64,000 bases of DNA from the human T2T-CHM13v2.0 reference genome, Homo sapiens: assembly GCF_009914755.1 (NCBI RefSeq), contig NC_060929.1; one strand, written 5' to 3'. Every line of letters starts with the position of its first letter. Within the stretch, counting starts at the first letter, position 1. Position numbers and translations under genes: made by a program. Below the pieces are notes generated by a model. The model was not told the origin of the DNA. It saw nothing but the letters and a program-made list of their open reading frames with translations, and made no database searches. Positions 25,447-39,190 of this stretch are shown one piece after another.

Positions 25447-26939
25447 AACTAACACAAACATGAGTTTGCCAGTTCATGCTTCTTATCCATTCCCTCGTGG
25501 GTCCTGTAAAGAATGATCAATAAAAGACGATGAAACCCTGAACAGACATGACATATATGACATCTTGCCTCTGCAGAGGCAAAGCAGACATACCACAACC
25601 TAATGAAAATACCCTGCACAATCCTACCCATCTTGAAGGGTGAGAAGCAAGATTTTTTTTGACAACAACAACAAAAAACAGTAGACCTTCTTAAGACAAA
25701 TGATGCCATTTTTCAACTGGAGCGCCCTCTTCCCTCTCTAGGGAGGTGGCCACCAGACAATCAAATTTCCCAGCCACAGATAGAATGCTGTCAGTGCTTT
25801 TCTCAAGGCCTCAACCTATTTGAAGCCTGAGATCCCATCACTCTGTGCCTCCCCCAACTCCATTTCCAGCTCGTGACCCATCTAAATGTCGAGGCAGCTC
25901 CAACTTTAGCAGTGATTACAATAGGTATAAAGTAAGAGACTGTCCAGTTTAATCACCCCTTCTACCTAAAAGGTCCCTGTTAAGATCAATGCTTCTGCCA
26001 TAAGACAGCAAAGCAAAGTCTTCATCTCTCATCCATCCTTATCAGCCAGACAGCAGACAAGCCAAGTTTCGGTTACAGAATCCAGATTTTAAAAATACAT
26101 CATACGCCTGATGTTTCACATTTTCCACAGTGCTGCACTGCAGATCTTCCTGGTTTCGTGTGAGTGCTTCAGATCACATGAAACCAAAGCCAGGAACTGG
26201 TGAGACACGCTGAAAGTCAGGGTGTCTTGGCAGTGTTGACTTTGTAGAGGAACGGGGGTTCCATTAACAGCATGTGTAATCTATTAGCTTTGGGTTTCAA
26301 GGGAAAAGGCAAGGAGAAAGGAGAGACAGAGGTGGAAGGGCTAAATTCATGGTTTTAGTCAAAGCTTTAGGCTCCCCTAATTTTTAGAGACGAAAAGAGC
26401 TAACCATTTTAGAGACTTTGCATAAAGTGAATTTGGAAATATTTCTGCATTTTCATTTAGCATTTAGTGACCATAGTCTAAAAGATTTCATTTAAAGTTG
26501 GATGATGGGCCAAAAGGCCTATTGTTCTACACATCTCATTTGTTACAGACATGGAATCACAACATAGAAGTTTGAAAGTTAAAAACTGTTTGCTGATATA
26601 GCAGATTATTTATTTAATTCCAGAATAGCTTTGAAACTAATTTGAGGGTAGTGTCTAGGTCTTAGACCCTACTAGAAGTTGGGAAAAAGGATATTTCTAC
26701 TTTTCTTAAAAATGAGTCACATTCTTAAAAGTTTTTTATGGGATAAAATCTGAGAAATGTAGTATGAGATGTATTTATTTTTGCTATGAATTAAGACGGA
26801 AGAGCCAAATCATCCTTAGATATAGAGTCATCTAGATTAGCATCATTATAAGCTGCTATTTGTGGTCTCATCAGAAAAACAAGATATACAAAAGAGAGGC
26901 TGTTATCCCTTCTCAAGTCTAGGCACCTTAAAATATTTA

Positions 26940-27050
26940 TATTTAGATTAATATTAGATTCATATTAGATAAGTTTAGCTTTATATGAAGATTAGGTTTA
27001 TGTTCAGATTAAGATTAAATTAGATTAAGGGTATATTTAGATTTAGAGTA
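26940..27050. repeat. Degenerate (TTAGA)n-like low-complexity tract
   Basis: Repeated ttagat/agatta units. Confidence 0.6.
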
Positions 27051-27079
27051 AGAAGCTGGGTAAAAAGAGCCTACCTAGC

Positions 27080-27530
27080 TTTATCAGTTAGGAATGCTTT
27101 GGGCTGCAATTAATAGCAAGCCAACGAATGCAGCCTTAAACAAGCAGAAATTTACCTCCATAACAAAAAACTCTCAGGTAGGCAGTGTCCAGAACTGGTC
27201 ATTATGCTAACAAAAGCCAGGTTATTTTTACTGTCTGCTTCATCATCCTTGTCACACCAGCTCATTGCTCCACAGTTGCAAGATGGCTGCTGCATCTCCA
27301 ATCATCATGTCCACATTCAAGCAAAAAGTAGAACACGTTGACATTAGCAACATCTGTTCCTTTTATCAAGAATGCTAACAACTTCAGTTTGTATCTCATT
27401 AGCCTCAACTCAGCCTTCTGGCAAAGTCTAACTTTGGGGGAGACTGAGAAAGCAAGTATTTAGATTTTCCATTCTTTAGAGTGGAGATGGGTAGGAGAAA
27501 AGCGTCTTAGGAATTGATGTCGAGTCAGGA
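27080..27530 (-). mobile_element. MLT1K/L-like MaLR LTR
   Basis: tcagttaggaatgctttgggctgcaat...caagatggctgctgcatctcca. Confidence 0.75.
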
Positions 27531-27980
27531 GAGAAGCATTACGAGAGAAACAAATGTTTATACCACAACAATCCATTAGCAGGAATGCCAGAGACTCAAG
27601 GAAGAACAGCAGTCAGCTCTGAACAATAAAGGGTAGAGCCTCACTCAGGACCCCTGCTACTGCCCACATGGGTTGTAGAGATTCATACACCATAGAAATA
27701 TAAGTAGAAATCTGGACTTTTAAAGATCAATGGCAAAGCTCATTACTATATCTGTATTATTGTATAGGACACTAAACTATGCAGTCTAATATGGTAATAA
27801 TAACTATGTCAGAATTACAAACTAAAAGTTAGACATTATAGACCATACACGTTAAAAAAGGAAACAAAATAATGTTTGTTATAATGTTTATGTGCAGCAA
27901 ATTAGATAGACATGTTTTCAATGAGAGCTGGTTTAAACCCTGACATTTCTTATAATCATCTCTTACATGTTGTTATCTAT

Positions 27981-28356
27981 GCATTCATTCATTCAGCTGT
28001 CAATTGATCACTTAATCATTCAACTCAATCATTGAAGTTAAATCATTTAAACTTCGGCAAGGCTCTGGTCTAGGCACTGAGGATTCAGTGGTGGGCGAAA
28101 GCAGCCATGGTCCCTGTCCTCAGCTTTGATTACAATTGTAATCAGTGTCATCAAGTGCAGGGTGTTGTGAGAATGTCTAAGAACAAGATCAAACCTAAGG
28201 AAAGGGGTAGGGGTGAGAAATCTATCCTGAGAATATAAGACATACTCTGAGTTCTGGGAGATCACCAGGAGTTTGCCAGGCAGAGAGGCAAAGAAAGAGC
28301 AGTCTCCAGAGGAAAAAGGACTCTGCCAGGACCTGGAAACCACACAGTAGTTCAGG
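27981..28356 (-). mobile_element. L2 3' fragment
   Basis: cattcattcattca...ctaggcactgaggattcagtgg...gtccctgtcctc. Confidence 0.65.
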
Positions 28357-30682
28357 CTTCAAAAGAGATTTACTGAAGAATATTTGTCCAGGGTTATTTT
28401 AGGATGTTTATTTCCCCTATACCCAAACTGATAAAAATGATTGAGAGTGTTATGTCAAAAAAATCTATAAATATAATAATTTTCATATTTCTAACTCACA
28501 TGAAAGTCTAACTCACTGAAGATGAAAGCTACTTTATTTCAAACAAAAGCTCTAACTATAAAAGTGTGGTTCTCTAAAATTGACATTATTCATATTTTAA
28601 GCACAAAATGGAAATAAGTTAATGAGTTAATTATCTCAGGGTATTTACCTTGACCATACTATAGGACCTTGAAAAGAGAAAGTTTCATTACAAAATCACT
28701 ATGGGTCTTAACAAACTAGCCACTTAAGACTTCTTGCTAGGGTCATTATGGGCATCTCAGTATTTATACAGTTACTTTTGACCATGAATGTTCATGCTGG
28801 TCTAGCAGGAAAATAAAATGTTCAAAATCTAATAATCGAATGATAGATTGTTGGTCATTTACATGATAAGAACATACTAAAAGCCGAAGGACTTGTGGTC
28901 CTGAAGATGTGGATGGAAGGAGAGAAGTTTGGATAATTAGAAATCAAATAAGTATTGGGTTAATTACTGGAAGAATGGAGTTGACACAATGAGAAAATAC
29001 AGACGTTGTGTTTAAGAAAATGGAAATGGTGGAAACCAGTGGGAAATAACACAGAACTGAGAAGATCATGAAGGTTTTGAAGGGAGGTGAAGTAGAAGGG
29101 ACAGGAAGGAAGAATACTGACACCAAGCTGGTTCGACCAGTGAGTGTCATTGGGCAGACAAAGAGAAATAAAACCACTGATACAGAAGAGTTCTTAATTG
29201 AGAGGCTGGGGTCTACTGTACCCAAAGGGATCAAAGTACAAGGTTAGGAGGACCCAGTAGTCTGTAGGGCTACGCTGTAGTTTTGGTGATATGCAATGTC
29301 AGTATTTCTGGAAGATTATTGTTGTTGGATCTGCTGATGAGTGACCTCCATGCCTAGACCAGAGGTGGCTTTTCAGGCCGTCTTAGGAATCAGGGCAGAA
29401 TACTGTTGTCACTGTCTGGGTTCATGCTACAGAGATTAGGCCACCAGTTCTTTGGCAGTGTGGAAAACGAAACTGTTTCAGACTTAAAGAATGAAGCTGC
29501 ACCCACCTCTAACCCACTCTGTTCCTCATTCTTGACAGAAACTAAGTGAGAAGATTGTCCTTTTCTAAAAGTTTAAATGAGCCTTTAAAAGCATAATTTC
29601 TAAGTTGCAGCCAGGTCTTGTGTGTTGTACATGGCTCAGCAGCAGGTCAATTTCTTATTCCCTGCAGGTTCAAATAATGCACTTTGAAGAGAGAGAAAGG
29701 AAGAGATTGGAAATAAAATCTAATTTCTATTCTCAGAGAGAAGGTCATGCAAATTCTGAGGCAATTAGAAAGATATTTCCACTTTCTCCTTATGCTTTTA
29801 GCCTCTACTGCATTTAAGAATTAATACATGTTTTTGAAAGGTCTATTTGTATGCGTTTGAACCATTACCAGTTAGACAATAAGAAAATAAGAAGATAGAT
29901 ATCTAAATTTTATTGGTGGGAAGACCTCCATGTAGATTAGATGAATGATTCCTGATGATTCTATGAGACTTAGAACACCAAAGCTTCCTTCTGGAAAGAT
30001 CTAAGGAATATGGAATGCCCAAACCTTCCACCATAGATTCTCCTGCTGGAGCCCCCTTGGGTATCACTATGAGCTGAATAACTCAAACTTAAGGAAATAC
30101 AGTTCGAAAAATAGATTAATCCTAAAGACAAAAACAACTTCATGGGTAGGTTTGGGATTTCTCAAAAAGTCTATGAAGATTGTCATGCAGATTACAAAAA
30201 GAGGTTCTCCAAGAGATGAGGGGAGACATGAAGGCAGATACAAGAGCTCGACTCCCTGTTAGCTCCTTCAAGACATTTCATTTGTAATCTGGGCAGAGTC
30301 ATGCCCATAATGTAGTGTTATTTCTTCACATATTGTTATTCCCTTTGGTTCCCTCAGGACTTCACAAAATCTGATGAATCCACACAAATGTGGATTATGC
30401 TTTTGTCAAGGGAAATGAGAAATAGGCCCCACCCTGTGCTGCCTGCCTCCTCAATGGAGACCACGTGGAGGTAGTATAAATGTATCCTGGATACCTTATT
30501 TATTATTGGAGGCCAAGATCATCATCAAGGGGCAGTGGCCTGCAGTGGAGCTCGGAAGGATACACTCTATGGAGGAGCAGCTGGCTGTTATGTGGACAAT
30601 TTGGAAGGTGAATTGAAATAGCCTCCCTTTCCAAAACATGTCATGAGGTGATCCTTAAGGGAAAAAGAGAATTTATCCTTGA

Positions 30683-31197
30683 TGTGGCCTTTTTAAGACA
30701 AGGCCACAAACTTCTTGACCTTTTTCCCATTGAGAAGTGGCATTGACATCCCCTCCCCATGAAGCTGGGTGAGTCTGTGCCTGCTTGGACCAGTGGATTA
30801 TGGTGGAACCGATGTTATATGACTTCCAAGGTTAGGTCAAACAGCCCATGTATCTTCTGTCTTGCTCACTGGAATATTTACTCATGGAATTTTGATCCAC
30901 ACGGAGAGACCATGCATAGATGCTCTAATGGACAGTCCCAGCTAAGCCTACCCTTTCAGTCCTGCCAGCCCAGATAGCAGGCTTTGCAGTGAACACATCT
31001 CCAGATGATTTCTGTTCCAGCTGTCCTAGGTTAGCCCCAGATGAGGCCACAGACATTGCTGAGCAGACACAAGTCATGCCCACTGAGCTCTGTTCAAATT
31101 CCTGTCCCACAGAATCTGTGAGCACCATAAAATGATCATTGCTTCATGCCACTGACTTTTGGGATGATTTCTTAGGCAGCAATATATAACAGGAACA
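30683..31197 (+). mobile_element. MLT1G/H-like MaLR solo LTR
   Basis: gacttccaaggttaggtca...aattcctgtcccacagaatctgtgagc...gcagcaatatataacaggaaca. Confidence 0.82.
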
Positions 31198-33218
31198 CTT
31201 GGGTTATAAATGCGATTTAACTACCTGCCATTCCCTAGTTTCCCATGGTTCACATTCTCTTATAGTGAATGACTGATTCAAGCCCCAGTACAATATGACT
31301 ATCTTAGCCATTGTCTCATGTAATAATCCTGCTAAGGGCATACAATCTGTTTGCATCAATTTCCAGTGAAGTGTGTACTGTGCTAAAAGCATGTTAATGA
31401 AGTGTCATGTCAGCATGTTGAAGGGAGGAATTAGTGTATTGGTCAGACCAAACCTCAGAAAGCCTGACATGGCCATAACATCCTTCTAAGAGATTAACTC
31501 AGCAAAAATAATCCCTACATGAGCCCCATTATTTTGACCAATAATGATTAAATTAGGAACAAGCACCTAACCTAAGAATAGTTGACAGCACGCCTCAATT
31601 GGCTGACAGTGTGTAAGCTAGAGCTGGCCAAGAGGAATGATGATAACTAACTGGTCTAATGGGAGTCTTTCTCTGTAAGTCTCTGGACTCAAGAGACAAA
31701 GAGAGGTGCATACAGACACACACACACACACACAGAAGACATTTGGAAATTGATAGCAGAAAGTAGATATGTAAAGGCAACACAGAGAGAGCAGTCAGAA
31801 GTCCTGAGATAATAAGAGCCCTATGAAAGAGACACCAGAGTACACCAAAGTCACGAGTAAGCAGGAGCTAGGAGACAGAAGTGTAGGCAGGTCAACTGCT
31901 GACATCAGGAGCAGTGGAACAGAGTAGGAATATGGCACTAGGAATCAACGAGTGCTGATTGCAAAGGAAGCTGCCAGATACAGAGGACACTAGAGTTGAA
32001 GTTTATCCAAGCCTTTATTCAGTGATGTTCCTTTCAAATACAAAATTGTTCTGTGAGGAAAATAAATTTCCTTTTGATCGGTTAGTGACAGCATGTTTAT
32101 TCAGATATAAAGCACACACTGTACATGTTTCCCACCATTTTTCCCACTTAGTAAGTCATACCATGGAAAGACTTTAGTATGTTTCTGCTTAACATCCTGT
32201 CGTGGTTGCTGGGCCCACCCTCTTGCTGACATCATTGCCAGAGCTGAAACCCCACAGAATTCTGAGTTCTGAGGAAGCAGCAGCCACAGCCACATAGTCC
32301 TGAGCTCTGGGTCCTCACTCAGTGGGCTCCTTCATCTGTCCCTGCCTGGTTTCTGTAAACCCAGCATAGGGCTGTCACAATGTGGCCACAGAAGCCTGGG
32401 GCTCCTCCTCAAGCTCACCCCATGGTGATGGTCAATAGCCAGCAGAACAGAGTTGGGCAAATGCCACACAGCCACTCAATCCATTGAGACACTAGGGTGG
32501 CAGCAGCAGCAGAGCCATCACGAAGAGACTTGGAGAGGGAGGATGGATAGTTTAGAAACTATGGGGAGGACAATGTTTGCACAAAACTGAGATCACACTG
32601 ATACCTCAGAATTCCAGCTCATCTCTGAAGATTTTCCTTATGCAACATTCCAAGTAATCCATGAAACAGCCTCAGCCTGCCACCAGCAGCTTTAGCATGA
32701 GTGCTCAGAGTGGAGGCTGGAGCAGAAAAATCCATCTCTGCCCTGGGGCCCACATTCCAGTGAGTGTCAGAGAGAGCATGGGCTTTCTCCAGAGGATGCC
32801 AAAGGGAGGAATTTCACCTGTGAGCTGCCTCCACCCCATCTTAACTAAAGGAGATGACACTGACTTTATAGAACTGTACTGTGCCTTGTACAGGCGCTCT
32901 GGACCACTCTGGACCTGGGCATAAAATAAACAATGTGGCCTCTTTTTCCAGACCCCTGTTGTTGGCAGCCATACATCTCTCATCAGAGTAATCAGTACCC
33001 CAGTCTGAGGACCACACGGGGCAAGTCTGTTAATGCTTAGTTAATGGATAAGAAGTATTTGCCCAGACATGCTGTCAACCAGACAGGCATCTTCATGCGA
33101 GTGAGGAAAAGAAGGCTCAGAGCAGAACCAGCACTGTCAGGGTGGATGCTTGAAGTCTAGGAAGCAGGAAGGAATCCCTGCCTACCATGTGCTGGGTTTC
33201 CATAAAAAACATCATTTA

Positions 33219-33606
<388 letters not shown>

Positions 33607-36600
33607 TTAGTAGGAACAAAGGAAGGGCCAGTTAATGTTTTGGGCAAACAGGGTGACTTGACAGGTGCAGCATGTGCTCTGTACATACAGTGGTGGCGAG
33701 GGTTAAGAGTGGCCTCCACACAGCATCAGGTTTAGTCATGTAAGATGTGCTTCCAGGACTAATTGACATTTGCTATTATATCCTTTGGCAACAGTGCTCC
33801 CTTTGTTAATGTCCTTGAAGGAAATAGAAAACCTTCTGGTTTTGATTTTGCTTCATTGACCCTTCTTTGACCTGCATCTGGTCCTGGCAAGGTGGTGTGT
33901 ATCTCAGATGCACTTTAGAAGTCATGACCTGAGACTAAACTTAATCCTGGTGGAAAGAGGGGAAGGAAAGTCATGCTGCGGGTTTGTGACCTTTATGTCA
34001 ATGGCTAGGGGGACAGAGGCACCTCAGTGCTACTCTAAACAAAGGGCTCCCTGAGGTCCCATGCATTTGTTCCGTGCCACCGCCTGCTTTGCCCTTGGGA
34101 ATAAAGCTCTATCCCTATGTTCCTCTGAAGTTCCCCTTTCCATCAGGGATTACCTGACATGCTTTTCCTTGGAGGACAGAAACCCATCTTTGTGGGGGCT
34201 CATGCTATAGAGGCTACAACCCTTCAGAGAGCACTTTCCAAAAAGAGAATTCTAGACGGGAGGAGTCCGCTGTATAATCTGCCCCAACACTTGTTTACCT
34301 TGACATTTCCTTCTGGGAGATTTCTGCTATTAAAACATGGAGCTTTGTTCCGGGAAAGAGGTCATCTGCTTGCACGGGAACACTTGTCCACGGCGACAGT
34401 CAGACAATGTATTCCTCGGATTTTTCTTCTCCCTGCTCGCTCCAAGGCCAGCAAGGGCTGGTTTTCTTGGCTTTTGGCACTGAAGGCAACAAAGCCTGTG
34501 GTGTGCTTGCCAGATTCTGCGGCCACAATTGAGCCAAAGCTGTTCTTGAAATGCTCTTTCCACTTGGGCACACGGCCCTCCCACTCCCACTTCCTGTACC
34601 CAAGGGAACCTTCTCCTACCACCTGCTCAGCCCAGCCTCTCTTTCCAGCGCCATCTAGCCTGCTCAATGCAGAGGACTTTATCAGGTCATCTCTGACTCA
34701 TTTCAAATGGTTATTTATACCACCTGCATTTATAATTAACAGCAAAGGGGAGTTCTTCAGGAGTTGAAGTAGCAACCCAAAGCAGATGTTAAAGACCCCA
34801 GAGAATAGAGGCTGAGGGCAGCTGACCTAAAAGAATCTCACTGTGTTTAGGAAGAATGAAGTGAGTGAAATGAAGGAGGCTAGGAAAATGAAGACGGCTA
34901 GGGAGGAAGCATGAGAGTGGATCCCTATAGCTCTGTGGCTTCAGAAAAAGGAAATGAATCACTTGGATTTGACTACAGATATTGTATATAAGGTGACAAA
35001 TTCTGAGAGTTTCCTGAATGCAGGGCCATTTGATTCTCATTCTGGGCTCAGCCTCATCTCCCCCATGGGAACCCCAGCCCCAGCAGCCTGTCACCAACCC
35101 AGAGGCTCTGAAGACAGTGGCCCTGGGAGAGACAGGACTTCTCTTTTCAAAGTAAACACTGACAAAAACCACTTAAGATGTCCATGGTCAGGAGATGACA
35201 CTAAGAGTAATTAAAATCAAATTCTGAATCCTCTTCTAGCACTCACATCACAAATCATGGTGCCAGGAAGGGAAATAGACCAAGTAAACAGGCAATGTCA
35301 GGGAAAGGCCTGAAAGTAGGCTCTGAAGACAATGTCAGTCTTTAGAGTGATCCAGTCAGGAGGCAGGACAGCGGGGATATTTATACCCCTGCAACAGTAG
35401 GTCCTTAGTTGAGGACACCTCCCAGCAAAATGTAAACTTCCAGGTATGTTCCTACTCTGCTAACATATTGGTTCCAGCAGTCATTGATGTCATTTACAGC
35501 ATGGAAATTCTCTGGCTAAGAGAAACAGAAGCTGGTTGTTGGGATGAGACTAGACAGGTGCTTGCCAATGGTAGAGGGACCCAGGCATGGGTGGAGCACT
35601 GACACCAAGAGCTGTCCCAGATGTCCTCAGGTCCAAAGCTCGTGCTTCCCCACTGGCACATGCCCTTGCCACAGACACGGCTAGAAGGCTATAGGCGTTC
35701 TGCATTCACAGGCTGCCATCCTGGAGGCAGGGTTGGTGGGGGCAGGGCCTATTTATAATGCCATCTCAGGGGACAAAGAAGGGGCAAAAACCCATTGTTC
35801 TTATGCCGCACAGTCACAGAAAGCCTCAACTTTTAAGCTTGTGGGTATAGCAGAGATAAAATTAGAGGATGGAAAGATGTCACCATTCAATTTTAAATTC
35901 CCAGACCCAGACTGTCTCTAAGGCACTATAAATTAATATTTTCTACATTTCCTAAAATTATCTTGTAATTAGCCCATTTATATTGTGTGACACTTCCTTC
36001 TGTGATGGGCCATTTTTGGTTTATTTTTAGAATTAATAGATTATGAACAGAATGTAACAATGATTTAAATCATAATAGTTATGATATTCTGTTTTATCAA
36101 TTTTTAAATTATATTATTTTGCTACAAAATTTTTGATGTCTTGTTTCAGACCAATATTTTTAATAGCGTTTTGTGTATAAACATCAGCAAAGTGTGACAT
36201 TTCTTATTAAATGAATCATTTTCTTAAATATAAATATTAGGCCACAATTTTCATTAGCTAGTTTTGGTATCTTTCATTGTTAACACACAGGAAACTTTGA
36301 TATAAGAAGAGGGAAAATGAGCTCTCTGAACTCCTGAGATGGCTGCAGAGACAGCAGAGTTGACACACAGCAGGGGCATAGGCACCTTCCTGGACAGAGA
36401 AGAAAGCCCGGGAAGAGGTCAGTCTCAGAAGCAGGAGGTCCTGCACCTCCTGGCCACCACGGCCACAAGCTCTTCAGGAGCTGGGCCCAGAAGTGCAGGA
36501 AGGCAACATACGTCCAGGAAATGTTGGTTGGCTAGATGAAAGGATGAAGCGTCCTAATGACCCATGGACGGTGAGGACAGTTCCAGCCCAGGCAAAGGGC

Positions 36601-36903
36601 CTTTGAATCTGGAGGGGCTAGGCCAGCAGCCTGAATCATCTAGGTTTAAAGACAGCAGAAAGCCTGGCTCACAGCAGTGTGAAAGGACTCCAACCTGGGC
36701 ACCTTCCCCAGCTTCATGGCCTGGGTTCCAAAGGGATTGACCTCTGACTCTTCATACCCACCTCAGGGGTAGCTGCCTGGGATACCCAGGCTCTGCCTTG
36801 GACCCTTGGAAGTTGGAGGAGCCCAGCAGTCTGAAGGAATATGCATGCTCTTGACTCTATTTACAGCTGGTCTCCAAACTTTTTCTCAGTATCTGTATTG
36901 GGT

Positions 36904-36906
36904 AAA

Positions 36907-36947
<41 letters not shown>

Positions 36948-37049
36948 ATATATAATATATATATATATAATATATAATATATAATATATATATATATTAT
37001 ATATAATATATAATATATATATATATATTATATATAATATATATATATA
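36904..37049. repeat. Interrupted (TA)n AT-only repeat, about 145 bp
   Basis: Pure A/T, alternating with occasional AA/TT. Confidence 0.97.
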
Positions 37050-37164
37050 CACATTCCCAATATTGGCAAGACAGAATTGTGACCTAGCTCATTGAATTCT
37101 TAACCCATGATGATATATGTGTAATGGTCTCCAGAGGGGCTATATCAGAATAACTTGATTTCAG

Positions 37165-37285
37165 TTCTGTTCAGCATGTCACTGGCCCCTTACTGAGTGC
37201 CAAGCACTGTGCTGTGTTCTGGGATCCAAAGTCGAATAAGACCTATTCCTTGTCTTGGAGAAGCTTATGATCCTGTGGGGAAAAT
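37165..37285 (-). mobile_element. L2 3' fragment
   Basis: tactgagtgccaagcactgtgctgtgttctggga. Confidence 0.6.
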
Positions 37286-37759
37286 AGCCCATATCTATAA
37301 GGTAAGGGCATAAATCAGGGAGTAAAGCCAGGGTTTAATGCTAGGTCACATGGGAACCTTAGGCTGGAGTGAAGCTCAATTCATCTATCTTTAAGAAGAT
37401 TGAATATAATTATCATCCCAACTACCGAATGTACTAACGGAAGTGGGAATATCAGAGTGTGAAGGCAAAATCTTATTTTAAGTGCAATAGGAATGTATTT
37501 TTAGACTTGAAGCAAGGAGCTCTGGCTTGGGTGGGAGACTTGGATGGAAGTGGGAATTCATACCATTCTCTGCAGAGACCCAAGGGAGGCAAATCCTGAG
37601 CCATACTCTCTGGAGACAACATTCCAGTTTCTAAAATCTGATGTAAAGCTCACAGGGTTAGGAGACAGAGATAGGGAGGTAGTGTGCATCTACCCCCTTG
37701 GTAGGTGAGCTATGCCTTTGACCCTCTGAACAGAACTTTCAGAAAAAGAGATAGCCAGA

Positions 37760-38043
37760 AGCTGGTAAACAGGTGCAAAATTACAGCCAGGTAGAAGGAA
37801 TAAGTTATAGGGTTCCATAACAATGTAGGATAACTATAATTAACAACAATGTATTATGTATTTTCAGATAGCTAGAAGAGGGGATTTTGAATGTTCCTCA
37901 CACAGAAAAATGACACATGTTTGGGGTGATATATGCTAATTACCCTGACTTCATCATTACCCATTTTATACATGTATCAAAGTATCACACTGTACTCCCA
38001 AAATATGGACAATTATGTCAATTAAAAATAATAATAATAATAA
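37760..38043 (+). mobile_element. L1MA-type 3'UTR fragment with (TAA)n tail
   Basis: gctagaagaggggattttgaatgttc...atatgctaattaccctgact...tcaattaaaaataataataa. Confidence 0.85.
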
Positions 38044-38266
38044 GTCCAGAAACAAAGAGTTAAGTCACCAACTATTTTTTCCTTCTTGGTGAATTGATCT
38101 TCAGTAAGCCTTTTTTTCTTTTTCCCTTCCACCACCCCAACCCTGCTCTCTCTGTTTCCTTACCCAAGCTTGTGTCCTCTAGTTTTATGGGTGTTGCTAT
38201 CGTCTCAGCTCCTGCCTGTAACTGCCCATTCAGCCTCTTTTTCATGCCCCTTCCCTGCAAGAAAAC

Positions 38267-38616
38267 TGCTATAGCTGAATGTTATGTCCCCCAAAATTCA
38301 AATGGTGAAATGTAATCACAATGTGATGATACTACTAGGTGGGGTCTATGATCAGGTCATAAGGCTGCAGCCCTCGTGAATGGGACTAGTACCCTTATAA
38401 AAGAGGTCCCAGGGAGCTATTGTGCCTCTTTTACCATGTGAGGACACAGCAAGAAGGCATCACGTATAAGGAAGCAGGCTTTCACCAGACACTGTATCTG
38501 CTGGCACCTTGATTGTGGACTTCTCAGCTTCCAAAACTGTAAAAAACTAATTTATGTTGTTTATAAGCCACCTAGTTTATAATATTATTTTATAGTCACC
38601 CAAATAGACTAAGACA
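38267..38616 (+). mobile_element. MLT1A0-like solo LTR
   Basis: tgctatagctgaatgttatgtcccccaaaattca...actaagaca; TSD aaaac/gaaac. Confidence 0.9.
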
Positions 38617-38756
38617 GAAACATCCAAAAGCGTTGGAAGCAGAAGATGCAAAGATAGTCCCATCACTTCTCAGAAACTCAGTCCCATGAGTGCTGGCCAC
38701 TTCAACTGGGGAGGCTTAGTTTGGCTCAGCTTTGAGGAGGTGGTAAACAGCTTCCA

Positions 38757-39190
38757 AGTAATGGACTGAATATCTATGTCCCCCAAAATTCATATGTTGA
38801 AGCCTAACCCCCAATATGATGGTATTTGGAGGCGGGGCCTTTGGAAGGTAATTAGGTATAGATGAAATCACAAGAGTGGGAATCCCACAATGGGATTTGT
38901 GTCCTTAGAAGAAGAGGAAGAGAAACCAGAGCTTGCTCACTCTATTCTCCCACCTCTCCTTTTCTCTCTCTCTTCTTTCTTTCTCTTCCTCTCTCTCTCT
39001 CTGCCATGTGAGGCAACAATGAAAAAACAGCTGTGTATAAGCCAGGAAGAAGGCTGTCACCAAGAGCCCAACCATGCTGGTACTCTGATCTTGGACTTCT
39101 CAACCTTCAGAACTGTGAGAAATAAACATCTGTTGTTTAAGTCACCCAGTCTATCGTATTTTGTTATAGCAGCCCAAGCTGTCCAAACAC
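38757..39190 (+). mobile_element. MLT1A-like solo LTR with internal CT expansion
   Basis: atggactgaatatctatgtcccccaaaattcatatgttgaagcc...ttgttatagcagccc. Confidence 0.88.

Noticed and set aside
34159-34767. Longest ORF (202 aa)
   Set aside because: No recognisable domain; Leu/Ser/Pro-rich composition typical of non-coding DNA; overlapped by ORFs in the opposite-strand frames; no supporting gene structure.
38267-39190. Two same-strand MLT1A LTRs as one collapsed provirus
   Set aside because: They differ in subfamily-type sequence, and the first has its own 5-bp TSD, so these are independent solo LTRs.
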